Positions 11,632-25,702 are shown, counted from the stretch's first letter. The stretch is 64,000 bases of DNA from Octopus vulgaris (GCA_951406725.2 OX597825.1:33232001-33296000); one strand, 5' to 3'. The notes: generated from the letters alone by a model not told the origin. Made by a program: numbers and translations.

Positions 11632-11862
11632 AAGGCAGTGGACTGGCAGAATCATTAACATGTCAAACAAAAATGCTTAGAGACATTTTTCAAGCTCTTT
11701 ACATAAGGAGTTCAAATAACACTGAGATCAACTTTGTATTCATCCTTTCAGGGTCAATAAAATAAAGTACCAATCAGGTACTGGCATTGATATAATGAAT
11801 TTGCCTCTCCATCCCCACTAAAATTGTGTCCTTGTTCCAAAATTTGAAACATTATTATTATG
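11632..11862 (+). mobile_element. SINE family C
   Basis: Full head-to-tail match to 1023-1246; (ATT)n flanks. Confidence 0.75.
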
Positions 11863-12257
11863 ACTGAGGGACTATTTTATTTTATGTATGTCGCTATTTC
11901 TCTTACATGTATAACATACATGAAAGATTCAATAATTTTTTACCTTAATCTTTCTATTTGTTATCGAGTTGTTGCTATGTGGTCCCAGGTAAGCCCTGAT
12001 TAAACTAATCTCTGATCAAAGCTATCCAAAACATGCCCATGCCAGCTTTTAGTACACATTATTGTAGAGGCTCTTCTTTTTTAAGCATCATATGAGATAA
12101 TTTGGTTGCTACTTCTAGCAAGTTAAACAGCCCTGAAGATGATCCCTTGTTGACTCAGCTCTGCCAGCTAGATCCTTCTAATTCAGGATATCAGAAGCAA
12201 ACTAATTCAGGATATCAGAAGCAAAATCCCCACCATATTCATTTAATTCTAATTTGT

Positions 12258-12722
<465 letters not shown>

Positions 12723-13496
12723 TTTTTAAAAAAAAATTAACATTTTATTTATTTATTTTTTACCAGAGTTAGATATTTATACATTTATTATTCATGTTAT
12801 TAAAATCATAATTTTAATTGCATTTTCTTGGCCTAATGCAGCAAGTATGCTTGAAGCACCAACTTTACTATAAACACAACTATACAGTCCAGCTCCTGTG
12901 AATGGAATTCCTAAAATCTCTATACTATCAACTCTTGTCAGTTCTATTGCTGACACTAATACCTACAAGATTAACACCATACTTCAAATTTGGTTACTTC
13001 TTGTATCAATAACACCTAGACTATTTCTAAGCAACGGTTACTGATTGAATGAATAGATTAAAATTACGAGAGGAATATTAGTATGAAAGTGCTTCAAATG
13101 TAATTCAAAGTTAATTCCTCTTAAGTAGCAAGAAGTTATACAATAGAAGGAAATTTAAATGTGTTTACTGATTTTTTAACAATGAATCCTCAAACAAACT
13201 ATTGAAAGATAAATATTTACATTTTCGTGAACCTTAGATTTTATTTATTTATATCACAGTTAGTGAACATTGGTTTTGAAGATTAAAAGTTTCCAATGAG
13301 CTAATCTTTGCTTTACTACACTACTGATAGCAGGATTGGCTAGGGAATGTCTATGCAACTCAGTGCAGAACAAACAATGTAAAGGACTTTATTTCAAGAG
13401 CACTGATTTTCTTCATTTTCAGGGTGGTGGTGGGATTTTTGCTTTTTCACACATACACACAAATTATATAACTGGCTATAACCTAATTTCAAGAAA

Positions 13497-13756
13497 GTGC
13501 GGGTGGCACGTATAAAACACCATTCGAGCATAGCCGTTGCCAGTACCGCCTGACTGGCTCTAGTGCCAGTGACATGTAAAAGCACCCAATACACTCTTGG
13601 AGTGGTTAGCATTAGGAAGGGCATCCAGCTGTAGAAACTCTGCCAGATCAGATTGGAGCCTGGTGCAGCCATCTGGCTTGCCAGCCCTCAGTCAAATTGT
13701 CCAACCCATGCCAGCATGGAAAGCGGACGTTAAACGATGATGATGATGATGATGAT
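13497..13756 (+). mobile_element. RTE 3' UTR fragment (family B)
   Basis: Family B core and (GAT)n tail. Confidence 0.8.
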
Positions 13757-14221
13757 TTTGGTAGAACAAAAGGTGGCAAGCTGGCAGAATCATTTGCATG
13801 ACAGAAAAATTCTTGGCAGCATTTCTTCCAGCTCTTTATGTTCGGAGTTCAATTCATCTGTGCCTTTCATCCTTTCAGAGCTCATACAATAAACACCAGT
13901 CAAGTACTGGAACTGATGTAATAGGTTTACCACCACAACCACCCCATCAAAATTGTTGAACTAGTGGCTGAATAATACATCAACAATACTCATATTCTAT
14001 GCTGTTATTACTCCATAATATAACACAACTGATACAATACACATGCACTACTAAACAATATAACACTTCATATATTTTTTGTAATAACTTACCACCTAAT
14101 AAAATTAAACAAGACAAACTCTTACATAATCAATACATGACATTGTAACACCAACAAGACATATAATTCATATTCTATGCAGTTACTATCCATTAATACA
14201 TTATAACCCAAACTCTAGTAC

Positions 14222-14730
14222 CATCATCATCATCATCATCGTTTAACGTCCACTTTCCATGCTAGCATGGGTTGAATGATTTGACTGAGGTCTGGCGAAC
14301 CAGATGGCTGCACCAGGCTCCAATCTGATCTGGCAGAGTTTCTACAGCTTGATGCCCTTTCTTATGCCAACCACTCTGAGAGTATATTGGGTGCTTTTAT
14401 GTGCCACCAGCACGAGGACCAGTCAGGCAGTACTGGCAATGGCCATGCTCAAATGGTATTTTTTTATGTGCCACCTGCACAGGAGCCAGTCCAGCAGCAC
14501 TGGCAATGACCTCGCTCGAATGTTTTTTCACGTGCCACCAGCACAAGTGCCAGTAAGGTGACACAGGTAATGATCACGCTTGAATGGTGTTTTTTTTATT
14601 TTTTTTATGTGCCATTGGCACTGAGGCCAGCTTGTTGCTCTGGCAACAATCTCGCTTGAATGGTACTCCTAGGGCTCCACTAGCATGGATGCCAGTCATC
14701 AAATTTGATTTCGATTTCGATTTCGATCTC
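14222..14730 (-). mobile_element. RTE 3' UTR fragment (family B) with ~5 tandem units
   Basis: (CAT)n, family B core and repeated TGTGCCACC.GCAC units. Confidence 0.8.
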
Positions 14731-14904
14731 CAATAAATTCATAATACTAACAACAATACGGCACATGCAAAACACAAACACCAAGCAACAAAATAACATA
14801 TCTTGCATTGCACATGTTCTCACACAACATATAAGACACCAAAAATAACAAAGCAAATCCTACAACAAACCCAAACTGAAGCAACACAAACACAGTTCTA
14901 TATT

Positions 14905-16035
14905 TCAAATCCCACAAAGGTCAAATTTGCCTTTCATCCTTTTGGGGGCCAATAAAATAGGCAACTTTAATGTGGTGAGCTAGGGGAATCATTAGAAGCA
15001 TTTTGTCCATCTTTTGAAACCAATAAAAATAAGTAACTGTTAAGCACTGTCAAGCACAATTGATTCTGAGTCCAAATTTTGCTGAAGTCGACTTTGCCTC
15101 TCATTCTTTCAGGGTTGATAAAATAGGTAACTAAGATGAACACTGGGGTCAATGTAATCAACTTACCCCTTCCCCTAAAATCTTGGCCTTGTGCCAAAAT
15201 TTGAAACCAATAAAAATAAGTAACTGTCAAGCACTGGAGTTGATGCAATTATCTTCTCCCCCTAAAACGACTGGCCTTGTGCCATGACTAGGAAAGGCAG
15301 AAGAAACTCATTAAAAACTGCCAAAAATATGATGATAATAACAGTTATTTTTCAAATTTAGGCACAAGGCCAGCAATTTTTGGGAGGAGGGGATTAATCA
15401 CTATCATTGACCCTAATACTTAACTGGTTCTTCATGCTATCAACTCTGAAAGGATAAAAGGTAAAGCTGACCTTGGTAGGAATTGAATCCAGAATGTAAA
15501 GAACTGGAAGAAATATTGGTTTCAAGTTTTGGCTGAAGGCCAGCAATTTCGGGAGTGAATGAGTCGATTGCATTAACTCCAGTGTTCAACTGGTATTTAT
15601 TTTATTGATCCCAAAACGATGAAAAGCAAAAGTCAACCTTGGCAGAATTTGAACTCAGAACATAAAGATGACTGAAACGCTGCTAAGCAGTTTGCCTGGC
15701 ATGCTGATGCTTCTGCCAGTTCACTGTCTTAGCTGGAAGAAATATTGCAAAGAATTTTGTCCTCTATGCTAATGATTCTACTAATTTATTGTCCTTAATA
15801 ACAATAATTTCTGATTTAGGCATAAGACCAGAGTGGTGGGGGGTGTAGCCAATTAAATCACCTTCGGTTCTTGACTGGTACTTTATTTTATTGACCACAA
15901 GTGGATGAAAGGTAAAGGTGACCTCAGCAAGATTTGAACCCATATCAGTCAAAATTAGTACCATGTTGAATTTTGTCCAACACTCTAATGATTCTGCCTA
16001 TCTACTAACCTAACAACAACTATAATAATAATAAC

Positions 16036-16073
<38 letters not shown>

Positions 16074-16776
16074 TAATAATAATTGTTTCTGAATAAGGCA
16101 CACGACTAGCAATTCTATGGAGAAGGGTGTTAGTTGATTAAATTGAACCCTGTTCTTAACAGGAACTTTATTTCATCAATCCTGGGAATGGGTTGGGGGA
16201 GATGAAAGTAAATGTTGACCACGACAGGATTTGAACCCTGAGCATAAAGAGCCTGAAAAAATACTGCTCAGCATTTTGTCCAATGTTCTCATGATTCCGG
16301 CAAATTACCCTAACAATAACAACAATCACAATAATAATTGCTTCAAATTTTTGCATAAGGCCAGCAATTTTAGTAGGCTAAAGTTAATTGATTAAATCAG
16401 TGATTCTCAACTGGGGTTCATATGGCCCTTGGGGGTTCATAAAATATTTTATTTATGTTCAATAAATTGGTTATAATTCTACAATACATAAAATATTTCA
16501 ATTTTTTTTTTATACAATTCCTAAAAATATTTAATTATAGAAATACAGTATAACTTTTCATTCAGTGACTGGCTATGGGGGTCCACCAGAGTAAAAGAGG
16601 AACTGAAGGTGTCCATAAGCAAAAAAATGGTTGAGAACCACTGGTTAAAATCAACACCAGTACTTATTTTGTTGACTATAAAAGGATAAGAAGCAAAGTT
16701 GACCTCGGCAGAACATAAAGAACCGAAAGAGATGCTATTTACCATTTTATCTGATGTACTAATGATCCTTCCAGCT
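14905..16776. mobile_element. Cluster of SINE family C copies (first copies +, then a head-to-tail array on -)
   Basis: Repeated GGCACAAGGCCAGCAATTT...GGATGAAAGG.AAAGT.GACC...GAATTTGAAC modules, the later ones separated by (AAT)n. Confidence 0.75.
16398..16643. mobile_element. hAT (Charlie-like) MITE inserted in a SINE C
   Basis: TIRs CAGTGATTCTCAAC / GTTGAGAACCACTG; imperfect 8-bp TSD GATTAAAT/GTTAAAAT. Confidence 0.75.
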
Positions 16777-17246
16777 CAAAAAAAAACAACATTATGGCAA
16801 TACTTCCTTCTTTGGCTACAGAAGCCCTCACGCATATAATCAAAATGCGTTGGAGTGTACATTACATATACAATAATAATGGGAGGAGTAAAAACACAAT
16901 ATAAATATGGAAAACATTGCAAATATATAACAAAAGCAAACAGAGATACCCACTGCAGGGTGGGAAATGTCACCTAAACAGAATCATGTAATACCAAGAT
17001 CCCTAACCATCCTGCATTTCAGGCAGTTGCTTCCTCTCGACCGATTTCTAGACAAAACCCGACCACTAGCCTTCTCACATGCACCAGTATAGACACATAC
17101 GCAAACTTTTCATATTTGCAAGAAGGCAACACCTCCCTCTCTACCCGCAAAGATAAGGTTTATAATGAATGTGTAAAAATGAAACAAACTTAAAGACAAT
17201 ATTTACAAACTTGGTTAAGACTTATGTTAAAAGTTTGAGAACTTAC

Positions 17247-17378
17247 ATGCAGTGATTTCCAGTTTGTTCCTGTGTTTTTGGAAATTATCGTGAAGGATAG
17301 TTTGTAGTAAGCGTCAAGTTTTTGAAAGTTGGCCACCAGTTCACTCAAAAATGTGTCATCATTATTTTTGAATAACAT
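17247..17378 (-). other. Candidate upstream exon of the 7TM gene (uORF, 5' UTR or decayed N-terminus)
   Basis: Non-repetitive open frame MLFKNNDD...NWKSLH ending at a consensus donor |gtaagt, phase 0, compatible with the acceptor at 9850. Confidence 0.35.
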
Positions 17379-17732
17379 GTTATTAGGGGGTGAAAACAAA
17401 AATTCTTTCTCCTTCTTCTTCTAATTTTTGTCTTAAATATCTATCTTGAATAATTTTAGCACAATTAAATTCTGGCCACTTCAACTTGTTTTGGAAGAGA
17501 CAATACAAAACAATTCAAAAAGTAAAAACAAAATTATAGTTCTTTCAATTAATGTGCATGGCAAGAATTTATGAGACAAGGCGAAAGGAAAGAGAGGAGG
17601 AAAGAGAGAGAGTGACAGGGTTCTGCCAAATCAAGTGTGGGAAAGAAAGATAGAATATGTGAAATAAAGGTGAAAGAGAAGAGAAGAGACAGGGGAAGAA
17701 GGAACACACATACACACACACATGATCTCTTA

Positions 17733-17776
<44 letters not shown>

Positions 17777-18354
17777 ATTCCCCTCTTTCTATAAGTATGT
17801 GTGTGTATAGACACACACAGAGGGAGAAAGAGAGAGGAAGGTTAAGAGATCAACTGAGGTAAGAGAGGGATGGAAGTCAGAGTTTGAGAGAAAGAGAGAG
17901 GACAGAGGTTGACATAGATGGCGATAGAAAGAAAGACAGTGAGAGAGAAAAAGTGAGAGATTTGCAAGGGGAGTGAATGATGTTAAGGGAGTGGGAGGGT
18001 GGTAGATATGCGTTGTCAAGCTAAAAAGCAACTGAAGTTTTTCTATGTAAGTTACTATTGTCAATGATTAATGCTGTTTAAGTGGCAGTGGTCACTAGTT
18101 GCTATAGTTTTGGTATTTGTGTCTTCAGTTAGTCAGTCTGTCGGTGTGTCTGTCGGGCAGTAAGATATGGTTGCCGCATTCTCCTGCTAATAATTGTCTC
18201 ATAATGACAGGGGAGGTGGTTAGAGCGAGAAAAAAAGGCAAATAAACAAGAAGTGCAATGGGGTAAGATTTCTGAGAAGAGAGCAAATGAAAGAAAAAGA
18301 TTGCAAGGGGGTGATAGTTGAACATCTCTCTCTCTCTCTCTATCTGTCTATCTA

Positions 18355-18403
<49 letters not shown>

Positions 18404-18428
18404 TATATATATTCTGTATATATATATA

Positions 18429-18991
18429 TCATCATCATCATCATCATCTTCGTTTAGCGTCCGCTTTCCATGCTAGCATGGGTTGGACTGTTCAACTGGC
18501 ATCTGGGAAGCCAGAAGGCTGCACCAGGCCCAGTCTGACCTGGCAATGTTTCTACGGCTGGATGGCCTTCCTAACGCCAACCACTCCGTGAGTGTAGTGG
18601 GTGCTTTTTACAGGTGCCAGACGAGGCTGGTAAACGGCCACGATTGGATGGTGCTTTTTACGTGCCACCGGCACGAGGCCAGTCGGGGCGGCGCTGGCAA
18701 TGGCCACGTTCGGATGGTTCTCTTACGTACCACCGGCACTGGTATCACAGCTGCAATTTCCATTGATGTTCATCGATTTCGATTTTCACTTGCCTCAAGA
18801 GGTCTTCACAAGTAGAATTTTGTGTCCCAAGAAAGAAAGGTATGCATAAGTGGACTGGCTACATCCCATGTAGAGGCCACGGGTTATGGTCTCACTTGTC
18901 CTGCCAGGTCTTCTCACGCACAGCATACTTCCAAAGGTCTCGATCTCTAGTCATTTCCTCAGTGAGACCTAAAGTTCGAAGGTCATACTTC
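18429..18991 (-). mobile_element. 5'-truncated RTE LINE: ORF C-terminus plus long tandem-repeat 3' UTR
   Basis: KYDLRTLGLTEEMTRDRDLWKYAVREKTWQDK* followed by the family B sequence and (GAT)n. Confidence 0.8.
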
Positions 18992-19026
18992 ATATATATA
19001 TATACTCTTTATATATATATATATAT

Positions 19027-19345
19027 ACTCTTTTACTCTTTTACTTGTTTCAGTCATTTGACTGCAGCCATGCTGGAGCACCACCTTTAGTTGAACAAAT
19101 TGACCCCAGGACTTATTCTTTGTAAACCTAGTACTTATTCTATCCGTCTCTTTTGCCGAACTGCTAAGTTACGGGGATGTAAACACACCACCATCGGTTG
19201 TCAAACACATACACACAAACATATACACACACATACATATATATATACATACACTTGACGGATTTCATTCAGTTTCCACCTACCAAATCAACTCACAAGG
19301 CATTGGTTGGCCCGTGGCTATAGTAGAAGATAAAATTTTAGCCCA
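19027..19345 (-). mobile_element. SINE family A (5'-truncated)
   Basis: Matches about 421-770. Confidence 0.8.
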
Positions 19346-19370
19346 ATATATATATATATATGCATGTGTG

Positions 19371-19415
<45 letters not shown>

Positions 19416-19774
19416 ATGTTTGTATGTATATATATGTATATATATGTATATATAATATAAATAATATATAAATATATGCATATATACATACATATATATA
19501 TGTACCTACATATATATGTATATATACATGCATACATGGGTACAGGACATCAAAAACAAAATGAGAAACGAGAACATAAAAAACAAAAACATGGAAAACG
19601 AACATTTTTTCGAACAGTGAAAGAAACAAATAGAGAAACGAGACAGGCAACATAAAGAACATTCCCTTCGTTAGTTGTCCCCTGTTTTAACTACTCCATG
19701 TTTCGAAGGAAGGGACAAGACACAACTTCATTAAAACAGTCCTTCCTGCAAAGCAAGTTAAATAAAACTAGGGA

Positions 19775-21275
19775 ATGTGGTGTCCAGATAAGATGTTCAA
19801 CTTCACTAGAATGTTCCTCGTGCCATTCACTAACAACTTTAGCTGTGTGAATTGTTACTGTAGCAAGTAGCCATTTTAAAATAAGTGCACCAATTTGTGG
19901 TACCTGGCAATTTCACATAATGTCGTATTGCCGAAGAAATATTATTGTCGCTTTTCCATTGGTTAATATAACTGCTCATATAGGAATTCTAAGAATTAGT
20001 TTAAGAATATTTGTATGTATTTTCGATTCTTTAAAGTCAAGTTGAGCAGTTATAAAAACCCTGGATTTTGGGAAAAATTTCAGTGTTTGTTGGATGTAAC
20101 TAAATTCTGCGACACTCACTCCTTTGAGACATTGGTGATTTTTCATGCCATGTCCAAGGAAAATCCAACAATTTTTATTTGAATTGTTGAGATTTAATAT
20201 TAGCTAGAATGAGAAATTAGATAGTTAAAATATATAGTCATAATTCTCTACGACGAAATTTACTTTTCTTCAAAATGTATATAATATAAAAATGTTATAT
20301 GTATATAATAAAAATTAATTAAGAAAATGTTTTCTCTTTCTTCACGTTCTTCAACTATATATAAAATGTATTTCTATAATTATTAAACTGTATTTTTTTA
20401 TAGTGGTTAAAAGAACACGAAAATATATTTAACATACATGCCCGCTAATGTTCGTTAGCATTCCAGAAAGTATATTTCTCTATGGCATTTATATAGCTGT
20501 AGTTAGGACCTGCATATAATGATAACACTTAAGTAAGTTATAAGTGACGGTTTTATCATTATATATCCCTACTTTAAAAGCTAAATAATTTTATCTATTT
20601 CCAAATAGGAAACATAATAAGTAGCGTTGCATTAACTGTAAGCAAACTAACTAGAAAATATACGCTATAATATATAACATAAGAGAAACTTGGTTGCTAA
20701 ATCGCTATAGTACATTATCATCCTGAAAGATTGCATTTCCCTCTGGAAACAGTTCCACAACTATAGGATGAATTTGATCAGATAAAATGCTTACATAGTT
20801 TTCACTATTAATTCTGCTATGAAGGGAAACCATTGGGCTGGTGGGTTTCCAAGATATAGTCCCCACCAGATTATCACAGATCCTCCTTCCATGCTTAACA
20901 ATTGGAAGAAGGCAGTCTAGGTCAAATACTCTTTTGGATGTCTTCACATGTATACTTGGCCGGTGGTCGGAAGTATGGTAAAGGATGACTCATCCAAGAA
21001 AATAACATTCTTCTACTGCTCTAGGGACCAATTCTGTAGGTTTTTATTCCACTTTAAACACTTTGCAACGTTTGTTTTTGAAAGTAATGGTTTTCTGTTT
21101 GCCGCCCACCTATGAAATCTGGCTTTGCGCAGATCCCAGCAAACAGTTTTTGTGGAAACTGAGTTCGTGAGGTGGTCATTAAGCTCTGCAGTAATTTTGG
21201 GAGCTGTACTTTTGTGATCCTTTCTTACAATTTGCCACTAGCATTAATAACTCTCCTGAGTATTAATGTTGTTTG
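19775..21275 (-). mobile_element. Degenerate Tc1 transposase, split by an 851-bp insertion
   Basis: RKPLLSKTN..NWSLEQ*KNVIFLDES..PIVKHG..YVSILSDQIHP..FQDDN at 20710-21275 continues as IHTAKVVSEWHEEHSSEVEHLIW at 19775-19858. Confidence 0.8.
19859..20709. mobile_element. Probable solo LTR inserted in the Tc1 remnant
   Basis: Ends TGTAGC...GCTATA (near TG..CA), imperfect 4-bp TSD TTAC/GTAC, interrupts the transposase frame cleanly. Confidence 0.5.
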
Positions 21276-21659
<384 letters not shown>

Positions 21660-21660
<1 letters not shown>

Positions 21661-21892
21661 GTTTCTTTATTACCCACAAGGGGCAAAACATAGAGGGGAC
21701 AAACAAGGACAGACAAACGGATTAAGACGATTACATCGACCCCAGTGCTTAACTGGTACTTAATTTATCGACCCCGAAAGGATGAAAGGCAAAGTCAACC
21801 TTGGCGGAATTTGAACTCAGAATGTAGCGGCAGACGAAATACGGCTACGCATTTCGCCCGGCGTGCTAACATCTCTGCCAGCTCGCCGCCTT
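21660..21892 (-). mobile_element. SINE family C variant (CpG-rich, alternative 3' end)
   Basis: AAGGCGGCGAGCTGGCAGA head and central domain; 3' end CCCCTTGTGGGTAATAAAGAAAC differs from other copies. Confidence 0.75.
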
Positions 21893-22149
21893 TACACACA
21901 CATATATATACGTCCTTTTACCAATTATATACTTTTTATTTATTATTTTGTACATTACTTAATCATTGATATATGTTTTTATCTTATATTTAATTTTTTT
22001 CTATATGGTATAATTTAATTATTTCATTGTTGAATTGATAAAAGGTGTTTTTTTTCTAATTTATATACATGTATTATATTTTGTGAAATTTGATTTAGTA
22101 TTACTAAATTGAATTTTTCCCTGTAAGTTTGGAATAATATTCCCTAATG

Positions 22150-22193
<44 letters not shown>

Positions 22194-22194
<1 letters not shown>

Positions 22195-22565
22195 GGCGCA
22201 ATCGCCAAGTGGTTTGGGCAGCAGATTTGTGGACATAGGATTGCAGTTTTGATTCCTGGATTGGGAATTGTGAGTGTTTATTGAGCAAAAACATCTAAAT
22301 CTCCATGAGGCTCCGGCTGTGGGTGGTGGTGAACCCTGCTGCACTCTTTCACCATAACTTTCTCTCAAAATTTCTTCTTGTTTCTGTTGTACCTGTATTT
22401 CAAAGGGCCAGCCTTGTCACACTCTGTTTCATGCTGAATTTCCCCGAGAATTATATTGAGGGTACACATATCTGTGGAGTGCTCAGCCACTTGCATGTTA
22501 ATTTCTTGAGCAGGCTGTTCCATTGATCGGATCAACGGGAACCCTTGTTATCATAACCGATGATG
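22194..22565 (+). mobile_element. SINE family D, older copy
   Basis: Colinear with 42341-42723. Confidence 0.8.
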
Positions 22566-22616
<51 letters not shown>

Positions 22617-22620
22617 GATA

Positions 22621-22903
22621 TTTTATTATTAAAGCTGCAAAAACATCACAAAAAATCACAAAAATCTACTACTCAGAGTTTCCCGTTCCTATTTGTTGAA
22701 TGAACAGGAGCGTGAAACTCTGCCCGACAAAGGGGAACATGAGACTCTGTCTGGCGAATGGGAATGAGAAAATCTGAATAGCAATTTTTTTGTTATTCTT
22801 TGTGATGTCTTTGCAGCTTTAATAATAAAACATATTACTCTACCTCTGGTATTCAAGTACTATTTTTTACCACCTTATTTCCCATTATGCGCTTACTCTG
22901 GTA
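22621..22903. mobile_element. Fold-back element with degenerate tandem hammerhead-like units (Penelope-like remnant)
   Basis: About 70-bp inverted arms (TTTTATTATTAAAGCTGCAAA../..TTTGCAGCTTTAATAATAAAA) enclosing three ~27-bp units; embedded in (TA)n/(TATG)n. Confidence 0.5.
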
Positions 22904-22908
22904 TATAC

Positions 22909-22941
<33 letters not shown>

Positions 22942-22949
22942 TGTATGTA

Positions 22950-22998
<49 letters not shown>

Positions 22999-23104
22999 AT
23001 GTATGTATGTATGTATGTATGTGTGTGTGTATGTATGTATGTATATGATGATGATGATGATATATATACAGATACGGACATAATGACACACCCACACATG
23101 CACA

Positions 23105-23263
23105 TGCTTCTTTTAACTTCCGTCTATGAAATCCACTCACAAGGCTTTGATTGGCTTGAGGCTATAGAAGAAGACACTTGCCCTGGGTGCCATGCAGTGA
23201 GACTGAACTTGAAACCATGTGGTTGGGAAGCAAGCTTCTTACCACACACTCATACCTGCACCT
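23105..23263 (-). mobile_element. SINE family A, 5' part
   Basis: Head and CORE-like segment. Confidence 0.75.
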
Positions 23264-23934
23264 ATAACACAGGTATGCCTAAAAAAAAAATTACCATGTG
23301 TTATTTTAGTAGAGTGGGTTACCTGATTATGAGCTATGTCACATGTGACTTACTTCTCGAAAAATTGTCCCAGCCTGTGTTAAAGGGGTATAAGTTTGAG
23401 AATATACGTAACTGAAGGATTCAAAGAAAATAAAATTAGAATGTGCAAGAAAGCACATTTTAAGTCTATTTTCTTTGAATCCTTGAATGTCTTAGTTAGA
23501 AGAATGAGAGTGTAAGAATTTGATAGCAAGAATATGATTTGTGTAAGAAAAAAATGTAAATGAAGCCACCACAAGGTCCATTCCTTGTTGCAGTCGGGTG
23601 GCTTGTGTATCTCAGTGACCCCGGGAACTATGGCAGTGAAGGGCAAGACCCTGATAGGGCTTCTCATGTTGGGTAAGTCAAAGGTCGGAGGCCAGTTAAT
23701 ATGGACTATCTCTTCCCAGAAGTGAAAATGGGTTTGCATTGGGTTAACATTCCTACTTAGAAAAAAAAAATAAAGTCCCAGAAACATCAATAGAAATCAA
23801 ACACCAATAAGATGTTGTGGAGGAAGGCCTTAGACAGCTCAGAATTGAGAACAGGGGGAAAAAATCGTTGATAGCAGATGCTCTATAGAAAGCAAAGGGC
23901 TTAAATAAGTAAATAGGAAGAAAAACAAATGAAA

Positions 23935-23965
<31 letters not shown>

Positions 23966-23989
23966 ACTAGAAGATAGATAAATTGATAG

Positions 23990-24043
<54 letters not shown>

Positions 24044-24294
24044 CCAAACTCTAATAACTGAAAGACAGTCTGAGTAAGTTAAGAGAAGAGGGAGAATAAT
24101 TGAAGGAAGTACAATTATAAGAGAGAAATAGGAGTGTAATGAGTCAAAGGTGGCTTTTACTCATAAGAAACAAGTCATGACAAGGCAATGAATAAACGGA
24201 GGTTCCTATTTGGTCTCTTTGTGTTCAATATGTGCTGCATTTAGATAACAGCTAGAAGCATTTCCATAACTATGTTTCTAACTAGTTGGTGTTG

Positions 24295-24622
24295 GTTAGC
24301 TCAAAATCTCTCGTGGAAGCGCCATCCAACCAAAATGCAAATATATGGGAAACTACCACCTGTGTCATCTCTTGTGAAAGGTAGGAGAGTCCAGTTTGCT
24401 GGACATTGTTGTTGTAGAGCAGAAAAAGAAGTAATTTCTGCTCTTCTCCTCTGGAAGCCATCTACTCACAATACCAGAGGGCGCACACTCTCCTACCCTG
24501 ATGTAATCTCCAGGGATACAGGCATCCAGCAACAGGACCTCCGTAATGCTATGATGGACCGTGAAGTCTGGCATAACATAGTAAATTCCATTGTCTCGAC
24601 CACAGTCGAACAATGATGATGA
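24295..24622 (+). mobile_element. RTE/RTEX LINE 3' end
   Basis: LSWKRHPTKMQIYGKLPPVS..RRVQFAGHC..LLLWKP..AMMDREVW* followed by (GAT)n. Confidence 0.8.
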
Positions 24623-24659
24623 TAGCCTCCGATTAGTCTCAGCTGAGTAGTCTTGGGAT

Positions 24660-25042
24660 CAAGGCATTCCAGCAAGATTTTATGGGACTTTTCAGTTCAA
24701 ATGGATAAGAAGATAGAAAATAACAAGCCAGATATAACAATGATAGACAAGAAAAAGCAAATTTGCTTACTTGTTGATCTTTCTTGTCTGTTTGATTCCA
24801 GGTTTGTGAAGAAAGCAGATGAAAAGTTAAAAAATACAACCCTTAAAATTTGAGATTGTAAGGATTTGAAATATGAAATCTGTAAAGGTTGTAGCTGTAA
24901 TGGTTGGTGCATAAGAGTCTGTGAGTAATGACATGGACAACTGGTTAAAGGAAATTGGAATGGAATGTCCTGAAGAGCTTCTACAGAAAGTTTGCATCTT
25001 AGGAATAGGAAAAATCAGGAGAAGGGTTTTGAACACTTGATG
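24660..25042 (+). mobile_element. R4/Dong-like RLE endonuclease fragment
   Basis: KILWDFSVQMDKKIENNKPDITMIDKKKQICLLVDLSC..D..KKADEK (PD..D..K motif) and LLQKVCILGIGKIRRRVLNT*. Confidence 0.8.
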
Positions 25043-25065
25043 GTTTATTGGAATAATATGGTTAC

Positions 25066-25152
25066 AGGGAGAATTTGAACTCAGAATGTAATTAATGGAT
25101 GACATGCCACTAAGCCTTTTGCCCGGTGTGTTAACGATTCTGCTAGCACACC

Positions 25153-25186
<34 letters not shown>

Positions 25187-25411
25187 GTTTCAAATTTTGG
25201 CACAAAGCCTGCAATTTTGGGAGTGGGTTAAGTTGATTACTTTGACCCCAGTGCTCAGCTGGTACTTATTTTATTGACCTAGGAAGGATGACAGGGAAAG
25301 TCAAGCTTGGTGGCATTTGAACTCAGAATGTAAAGACGGACAAAATGCCACTGAGCGTTTTGCCCAGCATGCTAATGATTATGTCAGCTTACCTTTTTAA
25401 TAATAATGATA

Positions 25412-25457
<46 letters not shown>

Positions 25458-25671
25458 TGATGATGATGATGATGATGAAGTTTCAAATTTTGACACAAAA
25501 TCATCAATTGGGAAGGGGTTAGGTGGTTACACTGACCCCAGTAATTGACTGGTACTTTATTTTATTGGCCCTGAAAGGATGGAAAGCAAAGTTGGTTATG
25601 GTAGGATTTGAACTCACTATGTAAAGAACTGACATTTTCTGATGCTCTACCAATTCTGCGAGCTCACTACC

Positions 25672-25702
<31 letters not shown>

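Noticed and set aside
10590-11862. Idea that SINE C is mobilised by the R4/Dong LINE because both sit in AAT repeats
   Set aside because: In sense orientation the LINE lies in (TAA)n but the SINE in (TTA)n, and their 3' ends share no visible similarity.
12793-12962. About 56 open codons on the minus strand after a possible acceptor
   Set aside because: No recognisable motif and no donor linking it to the 7TM gene.
23565-23760. GC-richer segment resembling an RTE 5' UTR
   Set aside because: Similarity is only from memory and too weak to call; no adjoining ORF.
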